Assembly (NCBI GenBank): GCA_028534125.1 | Contig: CM052818.1 | Location: 6,946,001-7,010,000, forward strand | Length of the DNA: 64,000 nt | Direction: 5' to 3' | Origin: Lama glama | Lineage: Eukaryota | In this document: piece after piece, positions 1 to 12,469 of the stretch | Layout: the number at the start of each line of letters is the position of its first letter | Numbering within the stretch: position 1 is the stretch's first letter | Made by a program: the position numbers and the translations under genes | The notes under the pieces: model-generated | The model's database searches: none | What the model was told of the DNA's origin: nothing | Seen by the model: only the letters and a program-made list of their open reading frames with translations

Positions 1-1711
1 GTGTGTCAATTATACCTTAACAAAGCTATTAAAAATTATTTTTGCAGATTGAGAGTCTCAGCTTTGAGGAACACCAGTTGCAAAAAAGGAACCTGAAAAA
101 GAAAAAAAGGAACCCTGCTGACTTAGATGTGAAATGCGTCACCTTACTGCCTAAACACCCCAAACTAGTGAAATAATTTCTCTTTAAGAATAAGAATAAA
201 TGTACAATTACTGTTTGGAAAATTATTTCTTGTAGTTCTCATTTTATAATTGCATCCAGAATAATAAACCCTTAAGAGACATACAAGTATTTTCCAATGC
301 TAAAATGTTTGCTCCTTGAACAGTCTTGAATGGATTATTATTTCCAAACAAGGATTATACATTACTTTAGCAACAAACCTAGGATTAAGAGAAATATATC
401 CCAAAAAGAAAAAAAAATGAAACAAATGTTCACAACAGCAATTAGCATCAATTTAGTACCGTGAAGATTAGGACAGGCTACGACTCGTTGAAGGGAGGCA
501 TTTCTGGGGTTTCTCCCCACACTTGAGTCTTCATGTCTAAGGCAAACTCCTTTTGTGGTTTAATCCGACCTTTCACGAAGAGCAGCAGCTGCTAACAATG
601 AGCTTCTGGCCTCGTGAGACAAATTGGAAGTAGATGGCTGCAAAGAGGTGGTTTTTCCCCGAAGAGGAAAGTGTGCCAAACCCAAGCAGGACAGGGCGGC
701 CAGGAGGAGGAGAGCACGCTCACCACAAAGTAAAACACGAAAAGGGGAAAGCACCCAGGCCACAGGGCCTGAGGGTCCCACAAAACCCATGCAAATTGAC
801 ACAAATGTGTCCTATAGAAGGAGAATGAGGGGCAGAGAGCACAGTTACCAGCCAGCCCCGTCAGGTGGGTGAGCCGCCTGGCCTTCCCACCCATCGGCTT
901 CCAGCCTGTCAAACGAGGATGCTGGCACCCACCTGGCAGGATGGTTGAGATGTTCAAAATTGCCAAGAACCCTGAAAGCGTTTGTAAAAAAAAGCATTTT
1001 ACAAATTAGCACCACCTGGGTACCTATCCGAACCCAGAGACAACTTGGAGAAATTAAATCTGTATCAAGTTTCTCTATATGTTTTAAACAATATCCCACC
1101 AACCAAGGCTGAGCTTTCATTTCTGCCTGTTGTGCTGTGAAAGGAAAGGTATTTGTCTTGTTTCCCAATCATGCAAACTCCTGCCCCTCTAGAGACCCCC
1201 ATCTGCTTCCCCTACCCCCATGGGTGGCCCCACCCCCATGATGTGTTTAAGTAGATTCTAATCTGAGACTGGACTCAGGGACTGCATTGTGGCTGGTTCT
1301 AAGGTCTGTCTGGAAACCAGCAGTCCCACCCGGGGGCTTACCTCTCGCCTCTTTCCTCCCTGGAGCTGAAGTCACAGCACCCCACCTCTGGTCCCAGGCA
1401 GCCCCAGCCCCTGGTTCACCCTACCCCATCTCTGACATCTGCCTGTGCCAGCATCTTATATGGTGTTAAGTTAGCAAGCAAATCCCTATCCAGTCTCATT
1501 CCTGAGTCTCAGTCATCCCACCTTGCCCAGGAGCTCCAGTCTCTTAGGAAGGGGACTTCCTGACACCTTCATTTCCAAACACTATTCATTTCTCCTGTCC
1601 CAGCTGCAGGAGTGCAGTCCGGCTCTGAACTCGGGCCAAGTGCCCAGACTGCTGTCCTGTGAACAGACATGCCTGGTGAGCTGACGTGACCTGTGAGGAT
1701 CTCTAGATAAA

Positions 1712-1905
1712 GCAGGTTTCTCAACCTCAGCACTGTTGACATTTTGGTTCAGATAATTCTTTGTTAGGGTGGGGGGTGCCCTGCGCACCGCTAAGCGGTG
1801 AGCTTCGTCTCTGGCTTCTAGCCACCGGATACTCCCCTCCCCCGAGTTGTGACAACCTCAAATGTCCTCAGATGCTGCCCAAATTGTGTCTGATTAGGAA
1901 TCACG
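1712..1905 (+). mobile_element. MER20-like hAT-Charlie DNA transposon
   Basis: Begins 'caggtttctcaacctcagcactgttgacattttggttcagataattctttgtt', the typical MER20 5' end. Later 'ccccgagttgtgacaacc..aaatgtc' also matches. Confidence 0.8.
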
Positions 1906-2133
1906 TGGACACAGCTTTAGCTTCTCTGACCTGCCTCCTGGAGACCCTGGTGAGCCCAGGTCCAGACACTGATTGGCTGACCTTCTGCTCTAACGTTCCT
2001 TTGTTGAATTCTTGGCCACCCAGCCTCTGAACTCCCTCCCTGGGCTTGGGAAATCCCATCCAACAAGAGAGGAGGCAAAGATCGCTGGGTGGACTGCAAA
2101 GACCGCCGCTGAGGTCACGGCTGCTTCTCTGGT

Positions 2134-2205
2134 AGTGAGGACACTGGGTGACACTGGAGTGAAGACAGTGGGTGATGCTGAAGTGAGGACAGTGGGTGAC
2201 GCTCA
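2134..2205. repeat. Minisatellite, about 3 x 24 bp (gtgaggacagtgggtgacgctgra-like)
   Basis: Units seen directly: gtgaggacactgggtgacactgga / gtgaagacagtgggtgatgctgaa / gtgaggacagtgggtgacgct. Confidence 0.8.
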
Positions 2206-2795
2206 CGTCTACCCAAGTCCTCAGAGGACAGAAGTGCCTCTTTGTGTCAATGATCCGTGTTAAAACCCTTCTAGAACACAGGCCGCTCCCACTCACAAGC
2301 AGGACTTGCAAGGGAGCCTCTCACTCACTGTTGCCACCAGAGCACAGGCTGCCGTGGAAACCTCTGGAAGAGACGTGTGTGTTGGTGTGGAGTTTGGAGG
2401 ACCTATGGGTCCAGAGAAGGAAGAAGGATGGATCTGCTTTACAAGCTCTGATTCCAAAGAAAAGCTGTTCTTCTTTAGCCCAAATGCTTTCTAAGGAGTA
2501 ATGGAATAAAGGAAGCATGTGGGATGGGGGAATCAATAGATTTTACTGAACAAAAATGAAAAACTATTGAACATGAAACGATGCCTTGAATAAAATGAAA
2601 CTTCATAGACTGAGAAAAACCAGTCACAATAAATACACTACGCAAAGCTTTGCTAATCTTAATGTGTAGAGAGTTACTCAACTCTCTAAGAAAAACAACA
2701 TCTTAACGGAAAGTAAAGATAAATGACACATCAGCTTTTTACTGAAACAGAAAAATAAAAATGACTGGCAAATCTAAGAAAAATGCCTAGGTCCA

Positions 2796-3161
2796 TATTG
2801 GGCTGCACCCCCCACCCTAGGCCGACATGCCTTGTCGTTACCCAGCTAACTAAGACAGAGCCCGGAGGCAGTGACAGAGACATCAGGGGTTTACTGGACA
2901 GAGGCTCTCACACAAAGGGGCCTGGAGTGACGCCCCACCATGTGCAGATGGCAGGCAGGCCAGAGCAGCAGTCTTCCTACACGAGGGAGAAGGAGGCTAC
3001 CATTTATAGCAGGAATTGGCGTCAGGCAGGCTCATTAGTTACCAGGGACTAATTAAGCCCTCTAACTGAGAGGACTGGATAGTCGTGGGAGTGAAGCAGG
3101 GCCTGGTGGAGCAGGTGATGCGCTGAGCATGGGCACAGCCATCTGGACCCACTTGACCATA
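2796..3161 (-). mobile_element. Solo LTR (family uncertain), interrupting an old L1 fragment
   Basis: The minus strand shows a TATA-like 'gctataaatg' and a polyA-like 'agtaaa'. The flanks gtcca/gtaca may be a TSD. Degraded L1-like sequence lies on both sides. Confidence 0.5.
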
Positions 3162-3444
3162 TAGTACATTAGAAAGGAAAGAAATCAAAATTCAAACAAT
3201 AATGAAATCTCAATTTTTCCCCTATCATACAGAAACTAAGGACCAATACAACACTCAGTGTGGGCCACACTGGGGTGAGTCTGGCCCTGCAGCCCTGCAG
3301 AAGGAGGGTGAATGGTGCCACTCCCTGGTGAGAAGTCTGCACACATGCATTAAGTGTTGCCAGAAGAATGTTCATGTACGTTTCATCTGGAAGTCCCTCT
3401 TCCAGCGAAAGAAGGAATCACCAGCAATGCATTTAAACTCAGCA

Positions 3445-3650
3445 TGCTGGAACTGAGCACAGGGGCTGGAGCCAGACCATCTGGTTCAAATCCTGGCTCT
3501 GCTGTTCGACCTCTCTGGGCCTCAATTTCCCCATCTGTTTACATGGGCATCGTAAAATGTTTTAGGGCTGTTATCCAGGTTAAATATTTGTTAATACTTG
3601 CAGAGTACTTACAACAGTGCCTGGCATGTAGCACTGAGTAAGTATTCACT
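3445..3650 (+). mobile_element. MIR SINE
   Basis: 'ggttcaaatcctggctctgc..ctctctgggcctcaatttccccatctgt..acagtgcctggcatgtag' matches the MIR core. Confidence 0.8.
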
Positions 3651-3905
3651 ATAAATGCAGTGTTGTCTGTAATAGCAATGTACACAAAGGGAATAAATTA
3701 AGTATCCCATATTAGGAAAACAATAAATCACAGTACACTTACACACTAGCATTTCATGCCGGCATTGAAACAGTATTTCAAAAGAGTATTTCAAGACACA
3801 GTGATGACGAAAACAAGTAAGCCTTCCCACCATAATTAAAAGAACTTTATGCCAGATATTAGATAAGGTAAAAACTTGAATGAATATCATGATCTCTACC
3901 CTGCT

Positions 3906-4810
3906 CTTTTTTAACAGACTTTATTTTTAGAACAGTTTTAGGTTTACAGCAAAACTGAGCAGAAAGCACAGAGAGTTCCCACACAGCCCCATCTCCACTC
4001 ACGTACAGCCTCTTCCACTGTCAACGTCTCCCACCGGAGTGGTACCTTTGTTACAACAGATGAACCTACATTGACACATCATTTTCACCTACAGCCCACA
4101 GTTTACATCAGGGTTCACTCTTGGCGTTGTACACACTATGGGTTTTGACAGCTGTATAATGATATGTATCCCCCATTATAATATCACACAGAATAGTTTC
4201 ATTGCCCTAAAAATCATCTGTGCTCCCTCGACCTATTCATCCCTCCCTTTCCCCTAACCCCTGGCAACCACTGATCCTTTCACTGTCTCCACAGTTTTAC
4301 TTTTTCAAGGATGTCTTATAATACGGAGCATTTTCTGATTGGCTCCTTTAACTTAAAAATACATATTTAATGTTCCTCCATGTCTTCTCATGACTTGAGG
4401 GCTCAATTCTTTTTAGAGCCAAATAATATTCTGTTGACTGAATAGAACACAATTTTTTTTATCCATTCACCTACTGCAGGACATCTTGGTTGCTTCCAAG
4501 TTTGGGCAGTTATAAATAAAGCTGCTGTCCACATGTGTGTGCAGTTTTCATGTAAACCTAAGTTGCCATCTCATTTGGGTAAACACCAACGACTGCAATC
4601 GCTGGATCATACGGTAAGAGTAAGTTTAGTTTTGTAAGAAACCTCCAAACTGTCTTCCAAAGTGGCTGCACCCCTTTGCATTCCCATCAGCAATGAGTGA
4701 GTGTGCCTGTTGCTCCACGTCCTCACCAACATTTGGTGTTGTCAGTGCTCTGGACTCCGATAGTTGTGTAGTGGTGTCCTGTTGTTTTAATTTGAAATTC
4801 TCTCATGATC
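3906..4810 (-). mobile_element. LINE-1 3' fragment (L1MC-like)
   Basis: Antisense L1 3'UTR and ORF2 end: 'gactttatttttagaacagttttaggtttacagcaaaactgagcag..ctgtcttccaaagtggctgcacc'. Confidence 0.85.
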
Positions 4811-6275
4811 ATGACCCCTTTTATAAGCACAAGACTTCTCTCCTCTGTGAATCCCAACACCATTTCTGGAAGTGGGTGTGAGGGGTAGGGGTGTCTGTGG
4901 GGGACTCTGGAGGGATCTCTCATGTAAATGAGGGCTCATAAAATGCTGCGTTAAAAACTGAGAAAAAATAGTTAGCACTTTTAGGTTGCTGGCTCCTCCC
5001 TTCACTTTTGCCTGCAGAATTCTAGTAGATTACAAAAGTCATTTTTCAAAGTATCCTGAGACTCTGGTTTTATTTTCACACAAGTTAGAAAATGACAAAT
5101 GAAAACAGTGACTTATCCGAAGGCCACACACCTGGTTGGCGGTGAGCTCCCAGCAGGGCCACCTGCCTTGCCTCAATATATTTAGTTCAGAGCCCTGAGG
5201 CCTAGGGTTCTGAGATAAACACAAGACTGACCCAAGTGGCCCATGTGTCTGGGTCTCCTTCCAAAACCTCCTGCCCTCCAGAACCCCCACTGAGCTGCCA
5301 GAACCATCAAACAGTCCAGCTACAGCAAGAGTTAAATGGCGCACTAGGCTGGAAGAACTGACCTGGTTTAAATATTGGCAGGAATATTAGCACTGGGGGC
5401 TGGGCAAAGGTTGTCTTTGCTTTGTTTACTGCTGACCTACAAAGGAAGAGTGCTGGGCTGTAAAAGCCCTGAGAGCACGTGTAGGGTTTTGCTCCCCACT
5501 CGCCCAGAGCAGGGATGATCAATATTTGTTAACTGATGGAAAGGTAGGGAAAGGTTAGGCAGGGTGTCCTGGCCACGCCCCTTAGCCATTATCTGTGTAG
5601 CTGTTAAACAGCCTGGTGAAATGTGCTGAGCCCTGAGACAAAGGCAAGGCTGACCCTAGTAGCCCAGGGGTCTGGGTTTCTTTCCAGATGGACAGGAGCC
5701 TCTGGCAGCCATTCAGGGAAGTGGCCGGGCTTTGTAACTGGGCATCACAGAGAGATCACTGAGGCCGTGGCCACTTGAAAGGCTTGGAGAACAAAAATCA
5801 AAATGGGCCCTGCTAGCCAAGACTTCACAGCAAGTTTTTGGCTGTTCATTGGTGCTGAACTGGAAAGAGTTGAGAGGGGCCCAGCTGCCTTGGGGGGTGG
5901 AGGAGGCTGTTGGCAAGATCCATTGAGTAGCCACTCAGGGAAGCCTCCCAAGAGAGGGATTTAATTTTCCTTAGATCTGAAGTCAGTGGCCTCCACAGGA
6001 AGTAAGGGACAGGATTCAAATGGTCGAAATACTTACCTTACCAAGCGGCTGCTGATTATCAGGTATATGCATCTCCAGTACTAGCCTCCACAACCAGCCT
6101 GTGGATCCAAGAGGGGAGGGCTGTGACTTGCCCAAGGTCACCAGGTGGTCAAGTGACTCCAGCCCATTCTGCCCTACTACAGAGTTCGGCTCTTTCCACA
6201 ATGCTACCTTCCATGAGACCATGATTTAGACTCCATATCAAAACAAAGGGAGTTTTAAAAGATAACCACACAGCA

Positions 6276-6403
6276 GGAGGGTATAGGTCATTGGTAGAGT
6301 GTGTGCTTAGCATGCATGCCGTCCTGGGTTCAATCCCCAGTACTTCCACTAAAAATAAATAAACCAACCTAATTACACCCCCAAAAAACAAACAAACAAA
6401 AAA
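6276..6403 (+). mobile_element. Camelid tRNA-derived SINE (vic-1-like)
   Basis: tRNA-like head with A/B boxes (ggttcaatccc), 'cctaattac-cccc' body and an A-rich tail. Confidence 0.85.
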
Positions 6404-6639
6404 GGTAAATGCATAAAAAGACAAAGGGGACACACCTTAGATTCTCAAAGAACAGAGTTAAAAACAGTCCTCTGTGTTCATAAAAATTTTCTTTCTCACC
6501 TTGGAAAACTGGCACTGGTTCTATTCACCCTGACAAGAGTCAGCCTCTGCCATGGCTCAGCAGGCTTTCCCAAAGACACCCCCACACCCCCAAGTCAGGG
6601 GAGGTCTGTGCCTCCCACCCTGTAGCAGATCAACTAATC

Positions 6640-7805
6640 GTTTATCATTGAGCAGTATCCCACTGGATGACGGGCGTGGTGTACCATTCACCTCTTGAAC
6701 TATATTAGGGTGGTTCACTGTTTTTGACAAGGATGAATGAAGCAGCCATAAACATTCAGGTACAGGTTTTTACATGAAAATAACTTACTCTTGGTAAATA
6801 CCTAGGAGTAGGATTGCTGGGTCATTGACTAAATGCATGTTTAACCTGATAAGAAACTGTCAAACTACTTTCCAGAATGGCAGTACCATTTTGCATTCCT
6901 CATAAAGAAATGTATGAGGATTCCAGCAGCTCTACATCCTGTCCAGAACCTGAACTTGACATGGTAAGTGTGTTTGATGGTCACCATTCTGGTAGGTGTG
7001 TGGTGACACCTCATTATGGTTTTAATTTGAATTTCCATACTGAGTAATGGTATTGAGGATTGTTCCATGCTCTTAATTTGTTTACTACCTTTTTTGGTAA
7101 AGTGTTCAAATCTTTTGCACACTTTTTTGGATTGTCTGTTTTGTTATAATTGAGTTGCATCACTATTTTTAAGAGCTTTATTGATTCTAATTGACATGAA
7201 ATATATCACACATATTTAAAATGTGTAGCTGGATAAATTTGGTATAAGCATTTACCCATAAAACCATTGCCACAATCAGGATCATGGATATATCCGTCAT
7301 CCCAAGTTTTCTCATACGCCTTGATAACCTTTCTTCCATTACCCTTCCTGCCAACACCCACTCCCTAGGCAACCAGCGATCTGCTTTCTGTTGGTACAAG
7401 TTAGTTTGCACTTTATAGAATTTTATATAAATGGAATTATACAATGTGCACGATTTTTGTCTGGCTTCTTCCACTCAAGTTGCTCTGCGACCCATTTGTG
7501 TATGTATTAATGGTCCATTCCTTTTTTTATTGCTGAGAGTATTTCATTGAATTGGATACACCTCAATTTGTTTACACGTTCACGTGTCGACGGGCATTTG
7601 GGTCGTTTTCAGATTTTAGCCATTACAACTAAAGCTGCTACGAACATTCATGTATAAGTCTTTGTCTGGACATATATTTTCATTCATCTTGGGTAAAAAC
7701 AATAAATACCTAGGAGTGGAATGCCTGGGGTCATACAGTAGGTGTATGTGTAACATTTTAAGAAAGTGCTAAACTAGTTTCAGAATACTTGCACCATTTC
7801 ACCTC
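6640..7805 (-). mobile_element. Two adjacent old LINE-1 fragments
   Basis: Antisense L1 motifs 'aaatacctaggagt.ggattgctgggtcat' occur twice (~6797 and ~7705). An L1 3' end begins near 7180. Confidence 0.8.
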
Positions 7806-8415
7806 ACTATCTTAATAAGTTTTTTTTTTTAATGGTTTTACTGGTATTCACTGATCACTACATATAAACTTTCCTCAGTCACAGAATTTAGGGTGAGAGT
7901 TGAGAGAGAGCGAAGTAACTTCTCATAACAAAAGGAAAGAACTGGTTGGGTGGTCCAGATGGAGCCAGGAATCTGAGCCCTTAAGGAAGAAACTGTGTTT
8001 CATAAAAAACCAAAGATGCAGTGACCGTGCGACCTGCATCTGTGTGACTTGGGAAGAACACAAACGTCTCCTGTGGGATTTTACGACCGTGTGGGGCTTG
8101 GCCTGTGCTATCTATATGAAGCCCTCTCAGTCATCTGCCACGAAATCTCCCGCCAACTCTGTACTGCTCTCTGATGCTTTTGTGTAAGTGGATCACGTGG
8201 GCCTGTGTTTCCCAAACTTCAGATAAACACCTATTCCATGACCTATTATTTTTCTCTAAAACAACTCACTGTCACCAAATTCAGTTCATCTTCATCTCAA
8301 ACAAATAACATTTTTTAACTATTTAAATTAAAAACATTAGCCCCTGAACTCCCTGACTCATCTCATGGGCCACCAGAGGGACTCACTGCACACTCTGGAA
8401 AAGACTGTCTCAGGG

Positions 8416-8966
8416 TATAAGGGGAGGTTAAAAAACCCTTCCCTCTATCCTCTTAGGTTCAGTACCTGGGTCATGTGAATCAAACTGATAAGAGATTAAT
8501 AAGAGAAAAGTTTATTTTGCATACATATGAGCGGCCTGACAGGAATAAAGTGGAAACTCCAAAGCAGTGGTTAGACCTGGGGAATTGTATACCATTTTAA
8601 CAAAGGGTAAGAAACTGTAAAGAAGTAGCTAGCCAAAGGAAGGGGCAGGACTTCTAAGGGCATAAATTGTGGGGAGGTAAATAAATGGGGGGAACTGATG
8701 GATTATAACGGAAAATAGGGTTAGTTAGTGAGGTTTGCTATTGTCCAGTTGGTGCCTTCTCCACCGATAAACTGTCTCCTCTCTGCTGATGAAGGGTCCT
8801 CCTCCTCTTTCTGGTATTCCTAGAAGATCCGTGTCACCTTTACAAAGGGAAAGGTATGCCCTGCCTTTAGACGGAAATTGGGAGAGCAGAGAGCTAACTG
8901 TCTTCAGTTAAAAACAATCCTTGCCAAAGCGACATATTTTGGGGTGGCACAGTCTGATCCCCTTCA
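8416..8966 (-). mobile_element. ERV1 solo LTR (MER34-like)
   Basis: The minus strand starts TGAAGGGGATCAGACTGTGCCACCCCAAAATATG. There is an exact 4-bp TSD 'aggg' (8412-8415 / 8967-8970). Confidence 0.8.
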
Positions 8967-9081
8967 AGGGAAATCTGAACAAGACTCAGAGCCCAGTGAC
9001 TGCAAAGGGGTGCCAGCAGCGAGAGGCAAGGGGACGACCACTTACATACACTTCTACTATGTGTGCCCTCCGTTATAAGGA

Positions 9082-12080
9082 TGTTACTGAGCGCAAGTTC
9101 GTGTACCAGATGCACAGCGAGGCCAAACAATACAAAACGCTGCTGTTTGGAGCAAAGAAAGGTTTAGCCGAAATTTATCAGAGACCTGTAGTTGTCAAAA
9201 AGTTCTTCCTATGAATCTTCCTGAAGATGAAGCACTTTTGCAAAAGCATCAGAGTTCAACAGTAATGGTCTATAAATGACAAAAGACTTGAACACCTGAT
9301 TACAATGTAACTGATAAAGGAATGAATTATGACTGGTAACATTTTATCAGGATGTATCAGATTTTTTAGGAATTCCATACAATTTTTAGAACATCTGTAT
9401 TAATAACATTTACCCATGCCGTATAACCTGAGAAGGCTTGTCATTCATTTGGCAATGCTTCCCACATAATGCAATGTACCAAATAATTCTAGTTCATTTA
9501 GCATCTCTCAGATGCCTCAAGTTCCTCTGAAGCGTCTCAAAGCTAGCTGCAGGTCAAAATAACGTCAGTTAGAATTAGATATTTGGGAAGTTTGTCAAAA
9601 ATATCAAAGAGGTTTCAAAACACTTGGTCAAATAAGATCACCGGTCACTGTGAAATAATTCTTAAATACACTTAACCAAAGTGACAAAAGATTTCAAAAG
9701 CCAACACAGATCATTTAATGGCAAAGAACCTCATACAATCTGTTATCAAAAGCAGCATTCCAAGAAAACATTGTTTTCTTAAGAAGAACCAAACTCCAGT
9801 CTTAGACCAGCCTACTCTCAATAACAAAATTGATATTTCTAATTAAATGTAATCTAATCTTAGCCAATCCTGACCATGTACAAAGCTCTTTTCTCAGGAT
9901 TTCTTTTCCACAAACTTCCCATCAATTTCTGTATCCACATTATTTTGTCCCTTACTTTTTACCATCTAGAAACAACCAACTCTAGGGTAAAATTACTTTC
10001 TTTTCCTTAAGAAACTGCAATTCCATTCCACACACCTTGTTTTACTGAAAGCACACACCTTACTTTCCTAGCATATTGAAGTGTTTCTCTTATTTTAGTA
10101 GCTTTAATTACATATACTATAAGTTTAATGCTTAAAAACTTTAATCTCTAGCAAAACCCAAGGTGCAAGTAATTGTGAACAGTCTGTCATACCAGCATTT
10201 CCTGATTGGAAAACTTATGCTTTAGTCTTCCTCTCCTAAGAAGACAAAGGCAGGTAAACTCAGACCTGCCCAGCAGTCGGTGTTCCAATATTTCATCCTA
10301 TCTGAAATGACCCAGATAGTCGATGAATTCTCGCCATTCAGCTTAGTTTAGTTTCAAGTTATCAAGTTATCTTCCTTGCTGACAAATTTGCAACAGATAT
10401 AATAAGGTCTTATTTGACCTCTAGTAAACCTAGGTACAATGGCAGCACTATACCTAACATTGATGACACTAAAGACGTGTTTATATTAATCAAACCAACA
10501 AGCTTAAGCTGGCTTCAATATCAGATATCAATTCAGTACTAAATATTTCCCAGAACACATGAAACTGAAACTCATTCTGGCCAGTTTCTTTTACATTTCT
10601 GAGAATTTATATAGGCGCTTAATTTCTTTGAAGCCAATTAAAGAGAGCTCATTCACAAACCAATCTTGGCAATGCCATTTGAAGGCAGACGCCTCAGTTT
10701 ATAAGGTACATATAGACAGACGTATATCTAAACAGACACAGAGATCTCGCAGTTTTGCAAAATACACCCCTTGGGGGACCATAAGACGGAACAGAGCTCA
10801 AGCTTAATCATTCACAGACAAACAGCAAACCAGTGCAACACAGATCGGTCTCTCAGGGTCACAGTTCCCTAGCTGCAGGAAAGAAATTCCCAGCCAACGC
10901 TCTGCCACAGGCAAAGCCTCTGCCGTAGGGAAGAATACCCTGGTGTTGTCAAGAGACCAGAGACGTCGCAACCAGCCAAGGAAAGTACTGATAAACATGT
11001 AAATACAAACGACAGCTTTCCATCCCTGACGCCGCTGAGGTTACACACTCGAGGCCACTCCGCTGCTGCGGAGATGCCCTATGTCGCCTCTTACCTGCTG
11101 AGGCGCCAAGGACATCGAGAAGACCCTGGACAGTGTGGGCATTGATGCGGACGACGACTGGCTCAGAAAGGTCATCAGCGAGCTGAATGGAAAGAACATG
11201 GGGGACGTCGCTGCTCAGGGCACCAGCAAGCTGGCCGGGCTGTGGCCATCTCCACTGCCCCAGGACCTGTGGCTCCTGCTGCGGGTTCTGCCCCAGCAGC
11301 AGCAGAGGAGAAGGAGGAGTCGGAAGAGTCTCACGATGACATGGGAAGTGGCTTGTCCGACTAGAGTCCCACCCCCCTACAAATAAAACTCTTTTTACAT
11401 AAAAAACAAAGAAAGAAAGAAACACCCCCACAACAAACATGGTCCCACAAACAAAAGAACAGATGAAGTACAGCCCAAAAACTCCACTTGCTCTCCCAAA
11501 TGGAGGCTTCCAGGGTGGCCTGACTCCCAAAAAAGGATGGACCCAGAGTGGCTCCCACTGAGCCCAGAGGGGCTCACTTCCCACAAGGGAATGAGCCCAG
11601 ATGGAGTGAGAGAATTCCCAGCCTGCACAAGCCGGAGTGACTCACCCCCAAGCCACACTGAATGTGGACCATAGCTTTGGAAACTTCTTGGCTTCAGACA
11701 ACCTCGTGCTAGGGTGGCCGGTCCCTCCCATCTCCCTGGAGGAAAATGAGCTAGGGCTGCTGCTGGGGGCTCGGGGAAGGGGCTGCTCCTGGCCAGGGGT
11801 CAACCTGCCGAGGGCACAGACTCCTAGGCTGGATCATCAAAACTTACCAAATACAAGTTCATGTGTTTAGTGCACAGGGAAGCGAAACAAAACCAAAACA
11901 TCAGATTTTAGAGCAGAGAACAGTTCCTGCAGAAGAACTCAAAGATATTGTTATGTGTATTCCTTGAGGAGGAACCAGGAAGGTCTAGGAGACTGAATAA
12001 AGCTTTCCTGTGAACAAGAAATGGGGGACGTGGAAAGGATTTGTACCTGGGATGGTCCCACAGGGTCCTGCTAGGTTTCA
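9082..12080 (-). mobile_element. Defective ERV1-like provirus (internally deleted 5' LTR 12080-11845, PBS, AT-rich internal region, truncated 3' LTR 9167-9082)
   Basis: Both ends resemble the solo LTR at 12470-13036. It has TG..CA termini, a near-TSD agga/aaga and a degenerate tRNA-Arg PBS at 11820-11839. Confidence 0.7.
11016..11422 (+). pseudogene. RPLP2: Processed pseudogene of 60S acidic ribosomal protein P2
   Basis: It has a pyrimidine-rich 5' start and ATG at 11074 (MPYVASYLL), then AKDIEKTLDSVGIDADDDWLRKVISELNGKN and AAAEEKEESEESHDDMGSGLSD* (stop 11362-11364). AATAAA is at 11382, followed by an A-tail. It is intronless, with deletions and frameshifts. Confidence 0.95.
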
Positions 12081-12469
12081 AAGATGGGAGCTCCTGGTGG
12101 GCACAAGCCCACGAGGTAGGGCCTTCAGCTCTTCAACCTGTCAAACCATGTGTTGAGCCTGGTACATCACAAGTGCTCTGCACACTCTCTCTGAATAAAC
12201 AACAAAGTTCACAACTCATAACCAGTCGGTAGTGGTCAGTGCCAACTCTACAGAGGCTCTGGTGCCTGAGGAATGCAGAGGAGGGACCCAGGCTCTTTCC
12301 TATGACTCCCCCTCTGGTGACAAGACTCCAGTCAGCCCATATTAACCACTGGGAGGCCCATCTAATTTCTTTACACTTCCTCTGAGATATCCAACACCCC
12401 CATCAAAATCCAGGTCCCTGCCATTTCCACCTATTCCTAGGGGTAAGTGACCCTGCCTTGAATTGGTGG

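Noticed and set aside
10949..11584. 211-aa minus-strand ORF (longest in the window)
   Set aside because: It is the antisense reading of the RPLP2 pseudogene plus ERV leader, not gag or env.
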